Shown: positions 18,801-26,240 of the stretch, one piece after another | How the letters are laid out: each line of letters begins with the position of its first letter | How positions within the stretch are numbered: the stretch's first letter is position 1 | IMG/VR virus record: IMGVR_UViG_2884411467_000001 | Location: 17,098 to 81,097 of that record | DNA: 64,000 bases | Reading direction: 5' to 3' (one strand) | Source: a virus | Lineage: Duplodnaviria > Caudoviricetes | Made by a program: the position numbers and the translations under genes | Notes under the pieces: model-generated | What the model was told of the DNA's origin: nothing | Database searches by the model: none | The model's input: the letters and a program-made list of their open reading frames with translations, nothing else

Positions 18801-19259
18801 TTAATTGATCTTCGTGCAGTCGGTGACACTGGTGCAGTCCGCCGCCGCGACAGGTCTCGCGCTGGGCGATGCCACAAGCCCTCTTGTTGGCGATGCAGTA
18901 ACCGTGGTGCCGCTGTCTGAGTACACGGTCACGCCGTCAGCCGGTGCCGAATCAGTGACCGCCTGCAATTGACCGGCGCCCAGCGGCAGCGCGAGCGAAC
19001 TCGTCCCATCAGGCGACGCCGCCACGCCGCCGCGCACAGTTCCGTTCACGTCGTTCACCTGGATGAATTTCAGGCCATTGACGGCGAACACGTAGACATG
19101 GAACTGCGGATTCGCGCTTACGTCCTGGGCGTTTGGCCACGATTGGCCCAAGCCGCTGGCCGGCGCAGTCTGGGCTACTGCAACGCCCAAACCACCCATC
19201 AGCAAGCACAGCCCCATCGCCAAGGCCACAACGGCCCACTTTAATCTGCTCCGGTCCAT
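18801..19259 (-). CDS. Secreted protein with signal peptide and C-terminal Cys-x5-Cys tail
   Basis: MDRSRLKWAVVALAMGLCLLMGGLGVAVA signal peptide; GLGQSWPNAQDVS..FHVYVF..IQVND core; ends AADCTSVTDCTKIN. Confidence 0.8.
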   Translation of the reverse strand: MDRSRLKWAVVALAMGLCLLMGGLGVAVAQTAPASGLGQSWPNAQDVSANPQFHVYVFAVNGLKFIQVNDVNGTVRGGVAASPDGTSSLALPLGAGQLQAVTDSAPADGVTVYSDSGTTVTASPTRGLVASPSARPVAAADCTSVTDCTKIN

Positions 19260-19377
19260 CCCCTGCTCTCCTTCAGTCTGTTGGCCTTTCGGCGATTCTT
19301 GCGCCGCCAACTCAAGCACTGAACCTGATCAAAAACATGAACGCCCACTGAATGCCGCGCACATTTCAGTGCGGATG

Positions 19378-19429
19378 TGTGCGTTTTCGCACGCACCCCT
19401 ATTGCAAATAGTATGTGCGTTTACGCACA
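19378..19429. promoter_or_regulatory. Left operator (OL) sites and pL region
   Basis: TGTGCGTTTTCGCACG at 19378 and TGTGCGTTTACGCACA at 19414, upstream of the early operon. Confidence 0.82.
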
Positions 19430-19459
19430 ATTGATTGCACTTCACGAGGGGCCTATGCG

Positions 19460-19699
19460 ATGAGCGCCGTCTACCCAGCCGAACTATTCGTCCTGCGCCG
19501 TCAGGTCCGAAACGTCTCACTCGCTCCAGCCAGCGTCACCAGGACAGCCGAACGCATCGCCCTTCGCGCCCGCGCCATCGGCATCTCCACCTTCCGTGCC
19601 CGCGAGGGCGCCCTGAACTACCTAGCCTCCCTGTCGTATCTGGGCGGTATGTACGTCCTCGGCGCCAGCGGCACTGACAAGCCGAAGGGTACGGCATGA
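19460..19699 (+). CDS. First pL gene, hypothetical
   Basis: GAGG RBS; coupled to the next ORF. Confidence 0.55.
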   Translation: MSAVYPAELFVLRRQVRNVSLAPASVTRTAERIALRARAIGISTFRAREGALNYLASLSYLGGMYVLGASGTDKPKGTA

Positions 19700-19962
19700 C
19701 CACCGAGCCGAGTTTCCGCGCCCGGTGGGTCAATGAGGCGAGCTCCACCACCAAAATCCCGTCAGACGTCGCTCCCATCACCGTCCACGGATCAGGTGTT
19801 GAAGACGCGATCACCAAGATCTCAATCAACATCGGGTCCGCTTGCATAGGCATCGATGACGCAACGGCCGAGCTCATTGCCGAAGCACTCGTTTATGCAG
19901 TGAAAAAGCGGCGCGACGCGTTCGCCCAGAGAGCCGCGGCGCAGCGGGAGCAGTCCGCATGA
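19696..19962 (+). CDS. Hypothetical phage protein
   Basis: ATGA-coupled chain of early genes. Confidence 0.55.
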   Translation: MTTEPSFRARWVNEASSTTKIPSDVAPITVHGSGVEDAITKISINIGSACIGIDDATAELIAEALVYAVKKRRDAFAQRAAAQREQSA

Positions 19963-20150
19963 ATCCGATGCCCGCCCCGCTCACCGATGCAGAACTCGAC
20001 GCGCTCGGCGCACTCGCAGGCCTGCGCATCAATCGCTGCATCGACGAAATCCTTTCCAGTTTGCCGGCCTCGCCGGGGACGTCCGCCCCCTCTCCCCCCT
20101 CCGGTGTTTCCGGCGGGGCTGGCACCTTCTCTTCGGAGGATCGCACGTGA
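19959..20150 (+). CDS. Hypothetical phage protein
   Basis: ATGA-coupled. Confidence 0.45.
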   Translation: MNPMPAPLTDAELDALGALAGLRINRCIDEILSSLPASPGTSAPSPPSGVSGGAGTFSSEDRT

Positions 20151-20395
20151 AGCGCATCGCTCTGCTTGCATTCGCTTGCCTGGCTCTCGCCGCCTGTACC
20201 GATGAGGCCACCACGCGCGCCGCTCTCGACGCCGAGGGCTTCACGGACGTCCACATCACCGGATATGCGCCGTTCTCGTGCGCTGACAGTGACGACTATG
20301 CCACCAGCTTTGTTGCGACCAACGCGAAAGGTAAGCGCGTCCAGGGTGTCGTCTGCAGCAGCTTGATGGGCAAGAACGCAACGGTGCGCTGGTGA
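20147..20395 (+). CDS. Small phage lipoprotein
   Basis: Lipobox LALAAC after MKRIALLAF. Confidence 0.8.
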   Translation: MKRIALLAFACLALAACTDEATTRAALDAEGFTDVHITGYAPFSCADSDDYATSFVATNAKGKRVQGVVCSSLMGKNATVRW

Positions 20396-20640
20396 TGGCC
20401 GTGGCCGCGCTCTTCTCGATCTTCCGCACTCGTCGCGGCGAATGGACGGGATGCACTCCGCCCTCAGCAGCTGAGCGCATGGCGCTCTACAGCCCGCGGC
20501 ATGCCGCTGAGATCCAAGCGCGAGAGAACGCCGGCACTGCCGCACCTCGCTTCACCCTCCACAACGGTCGGCCTGTTCTGGTCGCCTTCCCCACTCGCCT
20601 CAACCCCGTGCCCAAGGAGAAGACGAATGTTCGGACGTAA
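20392..20640 (+). CDS. Hypothetical phage protein
   Basis: Coupled ORF. Confidence 0.45.
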   Translation: MMAVAALFSIFRTRRGEWTGCTPPSAAERMALYSPRHAAEIQARENAGTAAPRFTLHNGRPVLVAFPTRLNPVPKEKTNVRT

Positions 20641-20989
20641 GCACCAGCTTGCCATGGCCCTGCAGGCCCTTCGCTACTACGGCAACGAAGAGACCTATCG
20701 GCGTCGCGGACGGAAGGATGACTACCAGCCCGCGCCCTTCACCACCGACCACGGTAAGCGCGCTCGCGCTGCCTTGGAGGCGATCCGTGACGATCAGGCG
20801 CGTTCGGTCCTCTCGCGCGTGGGTGCCCTCTTTCGTCGCCGCCCTACGTCGCTCGGTGTGTTTGAGCCGCCCAGGGTCCCCAAGGCGCTGTCTTCCAGCG
20901 AACGACGTGCGCGCAAGGCCTTTGAGCAGTCGCAGCGCGATGTGGCTGCACTCAATGCCCGTCGCGATCGCGAGGAAGCGGCTGCGTGA
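20627..20989 (+). CDS. Hypothetical basic phage protein
   Basis: AAGGAG RBS, start MFGRKHQ. Confidence 0.55.
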   Translation: MFGRKHQLAMALQALRYYGNEETYRRRGRKDDYQPAPFTTDHGKRARAALEAIRDDQARSVLSRVGALFRRRPTSLGVFEPPRVPKALSSSERRARKAFEQSQRDVAALNARRDREEAAA

Positions 20990-21183
20990 ACCGCACGCCC
21001 GATCTCTTCGACGGGATCTTCGACAACCAGTCCACCGGTCGTCGTGAGGTCTGGCTCGATGGGAACGTGACACGACATGCGCGCCGCAATGCCGTCGGCG
21101 ACGCGCAATCCAACTGGCGCGAGATGCGGGCTCCGTGGGGTTCCTACCCCGACCTCCCGGCAAACGCATCCGCGCCAATCTGA
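20986..21183 (+). CDS. Hypothetical phage protein
   Basis: GTGA coupling. Confidence 0.5.
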   Translation: MNRTPDLFDGIFDNQSTGRREVWLDGNVTRHARRNAVGDAQSNWREMRAPWGSYPDLPANASAPI

Positions 21184-21327
21184 CGGGCAGCCGATGCCGG
21201 CGGCATATCCGGCGATCCGAACACTGAGGCGAAGAAACGGCTGCTCTGGGTTCCTGTGGTGACGACCCATGCATCGATCAGCGCCGGAGAACGTAACCGG
21301 CAACTCACCAACCAACTGGAGCCAACC

Positions 21328-21519
21328 ATGGCGTTCAAGTTCCGAATGAAGGCGAAAGTGAAGATCAAGGTCAGCGGCGAGACCGGCACGATCATTGGCC
21401 GCGCCGATTACGAGGCAGCGGAGAACAACTACCGCGTGCGCTACGTCGCCAAGACCGGCACCGCCGCAGAGCGCTGGTGGACGGAGTCCGCACTGGTCGC
21501 AGCAACCACCTCGAAGTGA
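21328..21519 (+). CDS. Small conserved phage protein (SH3-like)
   Basis: VKIKVSGETGTIIGRADY...YRVRY...ERWWTESAL. Confidence 0.7.
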   Translation: MAFKFRMKAKVKIKVSGETGTIIGRADYEAAENNYRVRYVAKTGTAAERWWTESALVAATTSK

Positions 21520-21814
21520 TCTCCCCGCCCTGTGGAGTGACACAGGGCACATGAAGCGGGCCTGGCGTTCTTGGGCAACCACACCGGAATGGGTTCGGCG
21601 GGGTTTGAAGGTCCAGGCTCGCTTCATGTACTGGCAGTACGGCGCGCAGCGCGCGACGCAAAGTCCGTAGGTAATCAGACCTCGTATCCACTGAGCCGGT
21701 TCAAGCACGACGGCCAAGACCAAAAGGCACTCGGGGCCACGGCCGGACGATCCGGCTACTGCCACCTAACACATCACATCACATCACGTCGGCGTCGCCG
21801 GCAAGGGAATCGAA

Positions 21815-22378
21815 GTGACTGCACCGACGATTATCTTCCAGAAGGCCTTCATCAAAATCAACAAGGCCCCTGACATCAATGGCATTGCCAGCCTGCTGGA
21901 GCCGCTGACGCTGTCATCTATCACCAGCCAGGTGGATGGCTTTCTCAACCCAGATCCGAATCGCTTCGAGCTCGATGCATCCAGCGGAATCATCTACGAC
22001 CCGCTCACTGGGTTGATGTGGGGTGACGAGACGGACGAGCTGACGCCGGACGAAGCTATGGAAGCATGCAAGGCATCGCGCCAGGGTGGCCATTCCGACT
22101 GGACGAAAGCGGGCCTACGCCCGTGGCTCACCATTGTGGATTACACGCGCAACAACCCCGTGTTGCCACCGCCGTTCAAGACCCATGGCGACTCCGTTTG
22201 GACGGCTGACGAAACTCCTTGGAGCAAGAAGGAGAAGCGTACGGGTTCTTCCCGCTCCTTCTTCTACGTCGGCATGTGCTACGGCAACGTCAACTACTAC
22301 CTCGCCGGCTACCGGCGGCGTGCGCGGCCGGTGCGGCGCGCGGCGCCGGCCAGTCAGTGCTTGGTCATTGGCCAGTAA
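21815..22378 (+). CDS. DGR target protein, DUF1566 (Lcl C-terminal, C-type-lectin-like) domain
   Basis: IYDPLTGLMW, A.EAC...GHSDW and VWTADETPW motifs; the 3' end is the variable repeat. Confidence 0.88.
   Translation: MTAPTIIFQKAFIKINKAPDINGIASLLEPLTLSSITSQVDGFLNPDPNRFELDASSGIIYDPLTGLMWGDETDELTPDEAMEACKASRQGGHSDWTKAGLRPWLTIVDYTRNNPVLPPPFKTHGDSVWTADETPWSKKEKRTGSSRSFFYVGMCYGNVNYYLAGYRRRARPVRRAAPASQCLVIGQ
22242..22354 (+). repeat. DGR variable repeat (VR)
   Basis: 113 bp matching 22877-22989 with 13 mismatches, 12 of them at TR adenines. Confidence 0.97.
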
Positions 22379-22387
22379 CAGCCTGAC

Positions 22388-22822
22388 ATGACCTTCCACC
22401 TTCCTCCCGCCGTGCGGCTCGCAGAAACCCTTGCTCGCGACATCGAGCAAGCGGTCTCGAAGTTTCACCGCGCGCACCGCTACACGTTCGGCGCTGATCT
22501 TCGCGCCGATATGTGGGCCGTGCTCACGACCGCGAACCGTGCGGCGAGGAAGCCTTCGGAGCGGGCCGCGTTGCTCACCAGGCTGGTTGATCAGGTGGAT
22601 GACCTCAAGCAGCGCCTGCGCCTCGGCCAGTCGCTGCGTCAGTTCAACAGCTTCGGTCAGTTCGAAGCGCTCATGCGCTCGGCGATAAACCTCGGCCAGC
22701 AGATAGGCGGCTGGCACCGTCAGCACCACCCCAAAGGCCAGGATGGCCGGTCGCACGCGGCCGGACAGCGTGCCATGACACTGAGTACCCGTGACACCTC
22801 GATGGTTGAGGTCAATCAATGA
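22388..22822 (+). CDS. avd: DGR accessory variability determinant (four-helix bundle)
   Basis: FHRAHRYTFGADLR and LGQQIGGW motifs; lies between target and RT. Confidence 0.9.
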   Translation: MTFHLPPAVRLAETLARDIEQAVSKFHRAHRYTFGADLRADMWAVLTTANRAARKPSERAALLTRLVDQVDDLKQRLRLGQSLRQFNSFGQFEALMRSAINLGQQIGGWHRQHHPKGQDGRSHAAGQRAMTLSTRDTSMVEVNQ

Positions 22823-24171
22823 CGAAGCTTCGCTACCCACAGGGATGTGCAGCCAGGTCGCAAGTGCACGGGGACGCGGGTTCTTCCCGCTCCTTCTTCT
22901 ACGTCAACATGAACAACGGCAACGTCAACAACAACAACGCCAACAACCGGCTGCGTGCGCGGCCGGTGCGGCGCGCGGCGCCGGCCAGTGAGTGTCAGGG
23001 TGGGGTTACTGTTCGCCAATTGCACGATGCGATGTGCGCGGCTCGACGCCGGAAGAAACCCAGTGCGAACCAGCTCGCGTTCGAACTGGCCTGGATGGAT
23101 CGCCTCATCGCCATTGAGGCGGACATCAATGCTGGCCGATGGTCTCCAGCACCCGCAACATGCTTCGTCGCAACGCGCCCGAAGGCCCGTGAGATCCATG
23201 CGCCTGATTTCGGCGACCGCGTGGTTCACCACTGGCTCGTGCCTCAGCTGGAAGCCATCTACGAGCCGACGTTCATCCACGACAGCTATGCCAATCGAAA
23301 GCGCAAAGGCTCTCACGCGGCCGTTCTTCGGCTCAGGCAGTTCGTTCGCCAGACCGTCAGCGGTGAAGGCGGCGGCTGGTACCTGCAGCTCGACGTGCAT
23401 AACTTTTTCAACAGCATCCACCGACCCACCCTGTGGCTGATGTTGAAGGACCGCCTCACGCGCGCCAACCTCGATGCTGCAGCTTTGCGCGTGGTTCATG
23501 CACTCCTTCGTCATCCTGTTGAGCGCCAAGGCGTGCACCACCGAGCCACGGCCGCACAGCGCGCCATGGTTCCGGCTCACAAGCGGTTGGAGAATGCGGC
23601 GCCTGGATGCGGTTTACCAATCGGCAACCTCTCGTCTCAGTTCTTCGCCAATGTCTATCTAGACGCGCTCGATCAGTTCGTGAAGCACACGCTGAAGGCG
23701 AGGCGCTATGCCCGATATGTCGATGACTTCGTGCTAGTCCACCGTGATCGCGCCGTCCTGGAACAGTGGCAGCACGACATCGAGACTTTTCTTGGCCGGG
23801 AACTGGGCCTGAAGCTGAAGGCTGACATTCGGCTACGCCCTCTGTCAGCCGGCATCGATTTCCTGGGTTATGTCGTCTATCCAACCCACACGCGAGTTCG
23901 GGCTCGTGTGCTCCAGCACATGACGCAGAACCTCGCTGCTTGGGCCCAAGCACACAGCGTGAGGCACGGGTTCGCTGCGACACCCGCCGATATCCGCTCT
24001 GCCGGTTCGATTCTCGCGAGCTTTGACGGCCATCTGCGCCACGCGAATGCGGCGCGTGTGCGGCTCCAAATCTTGAGCCGCTTTCCCTGGGCCAGTCGAA
24101 TTCCGACGAAGGCCTCCTTTGCCCCAGCGCTAGAGGGAACGACCGTTCTCCTCCGGCATTCACACTCCTAA
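22819..24171 (+). CDS. DGR reverse transcriptase
   Basis: APDFGDRVVHH, LDVHNFFNSI, GLPIGNLSSQFFANVYL, RYVDDF and GIDFLGY motifs. Confidence 0.97.
   Translation: MTKLRYPQGCAARSQVHGDAGSSRSFFYVNMNNGNVNNNNANNRLRARPVRRAAPASECQGGVTVRQLHDAMCAARRRKKPSANQLAFELAWMDRLIAIEADINAGRWSPAPATCFVATRPKAREIHAPDFGDRVVHHWLVPQLEAIYEPTFIHDSYANRKRKGSHAAVLRLRQFVRQTVSGEGGGWYLQLDVHNFFNSIHRPTLWLMLKDRLTRANLDAAALRVVHALLRHPVERQGVHHRATAAQRAMVPAHKRLENAAPGCGLPIGNLSSQFFANVYLDALDQFVKHTLKARRYARYVDDFVLVHRDRAVLEQWQHDIETFLGRELGLKLKADIRLRPLSAGIDFLGYVVYPTHTRVRARVLQHMTQNLAAWAQAHSVRHGFAATPADIRSAGSILASFDGHLRHANAARVRLQILSRFPWASRIPTKASFAPALEGTTVLLRHSHS
22877..22989 (+). repeat. DGR template repeat (TR), in frame within the 5' end of the RT ORF
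   Basis: Contains 10 AAC codons and pairs with the VR. Confidence 0.97.
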
Positions 24172-24183
24172 GAGGATTTCTAA

Positions 24184-24576
24184 ATGGCTCAGGCCAAACG
24201 CAAGACCGCTCCGAAGCGCACCACCAGCCGTCCCCGCGCGCGTCGCACCGCCAGCAGCAAGATCAAGCTCCGCGCGATCAAGCCGGCTGATGAAGCCGTG
24301 CTCATGAAGGAAGTCGAGGTCGAGTTCGAAAAGCTGTCGCCTTACGATTTCGCGCACAGCGAACTGCTGAAGACCCTGGATCTGCTCACCGATCTCTCCG
24401 CTGAGTTGGAGCGCCGCCTGACGCCGGTGCTGAAGCCGAGCGACCTGGTCAAGGGCGAGAAGCTCATCCGACAGGAGAACGTCGCTCCGGTCATCGAGGC
24501 CTTTCAGTCGGTCGAGGCCCGCGTGGACACGGTCGCCCAGCGCGTCCAGTACCTCCTCGCCCACCTCGCCATCTGA
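24184..24576 (+). CDS. Hypothetical phage protein
   Basis: GAGG RBS; basic N-terminus with a helical C-terminus. Confidence 0.65.
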   Translation: MAQAKRKTAPKRTTSRPRARRTASSKIKLRAIKPADEAVLMKEVEVEFEKLSPYDFAHSELLKTLDLLTDLSAELERRLTPVLKPSDLVKGEKLIRQENVAPVIEAFQSVEARVDTVAQRVQYLLAHLAI

Positions 24577-24589
24577 TCGGAACGCCTGC

Positions 24590-24784
24590 ATGCCTCGTTA
24601 CGGTCGCAATGGTCGCTTCTTCCACTCGCTGAGCCCTCTGGCTCACAAGCTCGATGCGATCGCCATCTCCGCGCCGCACGTCAGTTCGGCACCCAAGGAC
24701 CATGACGAGGCCGTGGCCAAGCAACAGGCGAAGCTTGCGCGGCGTGCGGCGCGTGCTCGCATCGTTGAGGGTGGCCAGAAATGA
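24590..24784 (+). CDS. Hypothetical phage protein
   Basis: Coupled to the next gene. Confidence 0.5.
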   Translation: MPRYGRNGRFFHSLSPLAHKLDAIAISAPHVSSAPKDHDEAVAKQQAKLARRAARARIVEGGQK

Positions 24785-25371
24785 TGATTGCCGCCTTCCC
24801 TCTCTCGTGGCCAAAGAATTTCGGCCGCTTCGCTGATCGCGAAAAGGGTTCGTTCCGCGCCACGCTCGCCGGTGCGCTGAAGAACGTCCAGGACAGTATT
24901 CGCCTGTTCGCCAAAGACAGCGAGGTCGAGCTGGCCGGCTTGGTCATCTCGTCGAACTGCACCCTTGGCGTAACCCGCCCCGCTGACCCTGGCGTCGCTG
25001 TGTGGTTCACGTGGGGAGGCATGCAGGTCTGCATCCCCGTCGACCGCTACGCGACCGTGGAAGCGAACCTGCAGGCAATCCACCACATCATTGAGGCGCG
25101 CCGTGTGGAACTACGCCACGGAACACTTGAGCTCGTGCGCGCGTCGTTCTCTGGCTTCCTCGCATTGCCGGCACCCGGCCCAGACGACGCGAACCACTGG
25201 AGCGCGGTGCTCGCTGTGGATCGTGGCGCCTCTACGTCCGAGATCCGCGCAGCTATGCAGATTGCGCGGCTGCGCGCCCACCCGGATAAGTCGACCGGAT
25301 CACCCGAAGCGTTCAAACGCGTCATGGAGGCCTGGCAGCAGGTCTGCATCGAGCACGGTATCCCCGAATGA
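24781..25371 (+). CDS. Phage protein with a C-terminal J-domain
   Basis: AFPLSWP..R N-terminus and DPGVAVWF; C-terminal RAHPDK (HPD) motif. Confidence 0.85.
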   Translation: MMIAAFPLSWPKNFGRFADREKGSFRATLAGALKNVQDSIRLFAKDSEVELAGLVISSNCTLGVTRPADPGVAVWFTWGGMQVCIPVDRYATVEANLQAIHHIIEARRVELRHGTLELVRASFSGFLALPAPGPDDANHWSAVLAVDRGASTSEIRAAMQIARLRAHPDKSTGSPEAFKRVMEAWQQVCIEHGIPE

Positions 25372-25610
25372 CCGACATCCTCTTCCTATGTCGACGGGCA
25401 CGCGCCAGCACGCGCTGTGGCGCCAGCCTCGACGCAGCCCTACGCCACGCGCGCCAGGCGCAGCTGGAAGGCACTGAGGCAGGCCTGCGCCCGCAGGACA
25501 GCGCCGCCATTGATCGCGCGCTCCGTGACTTGGAGTTCGCCCTCAAGAGCACCGAGACCCACCGCCAGCGCCTTCTGCGCAAGGCTGATCGAAAGGAGCA
25601 GAACCAATGA
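25368..25610 (+). CDS. Hypothetical phage protein
   Basis: ATGA coupling. Confidence 0.5.
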   Translation: MTDILFLCRRARASTRCGASLDAALRHARQAQLEGTEAGLRPQDSAAIDRALRDLEFALKSTETHRQRLLRKADRKEQNQ

Positions 25611-26134
25611 ACATCGACGTCCGCGATGAAGTGATCGAGCGTGCGTGCCAAGCCTACTTCGTCGGCAATGTGCGCAAGCCCTGGCCGTGGCGCGACACGC
25701 AAGCCCTGGACGAACCGGACGCTGTGTTCGCGGCGATGCGCCTCGCGCTCGTTGCAGCCCTGGAGAAACTTGCCGGTACCGGCGTTGGACTCATCCTGGC
25801 GGAGCGCCAGCGGCAGATCACTGCCGAAGGCTATACGCCGGAGCGCGATGCCAAGACCTACGCTCAGGTGCCGGATGGCCACTATGCCGCCGAGTTGCCC
25901 TGCGCAGCCGCGGCGTATGCCTGCTTCGCAGGCATGATCGCCGACTTCCGCGATCTACAGCGAACTCAGGAACGCCCCGAACACCAGCCGCCGTCATGCT
26001 GGCCCTGGAGTGCTACCTCGTGGAAGCCTGGCGCAGACAACTCGAACGCGTCGCGCATCCGTGAACTGGAGAAGGCCGGCGCGTTGATCGCAGCTGAGAT
26101 CGATCGCCTCCTCTCTGCCAGTGAGGGCGCCTGA
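25607..26134 (+). CDS. Conserved phage protein
   Basis: ERQRQITAEGYTPERD...ELPCAAAAY...RELEKAGALIAAEIDRL. Confidence 0.75.
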   Translation: MNIDVRDEVIERACQAYFVGNVRKPWPWRDTQALDEPDAVFAAMRLALVAALEKLAGTGVGLILAERQRQITAEGYTPERDAKTYAQVPDGHYAAELPCAAAAYACFAGMIADFRDLQRTQERPEHQPPSCWPWSATSWKPGADNSNASRIRELEKAGALIAAEIDRLLSASEGA

Positions 26135-26135
26135 C

Positions 26136-26240
26136 ATGAAGTGGTTCATGAACCCCGACAACAACCCGACCATCCTGGTGATCGCGCTGGTTATTGCAGC
26201 CCTGTGTGTCTTTGCCAGCTTCGGAGCTGCCAATGGCTGA
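26136..26240 (+). CDS. Small single-TM protein (34 aa, not in the ORF track)
   Basis: MKWFMNPDNNPTILVIALVIAALCVFASFGAANG; fills the gap and overlaps the methyltransferase start. Confidence 0.5.
   Translation: MKWFMNPDNNPTILVIALVIAALCVFASFGAANG

Noticed and set aside
21770-21789. (CACAT)3 repeat upstream of the DGR target as a phase-variation switch
   Set aside because: Too short, and an in-frame TAA at 21767 means slippage could not extend the target ORF from the same frame. Any promoter effect is unsupported.
22906-22947. AAC run as a microsatellite or low-complexity artefact
   Set aside because: It is the DGR template repeat; the adenine-specific mismatches with 22242-22354 explain it.
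22819-24171. RT as a group II intron, retron or Abi RT
   Set aside because: The adjacent Avd, the TR/VR pair and the GNLSSQ motif identify a DGR RT; there is no maturase or endonuclease extension.
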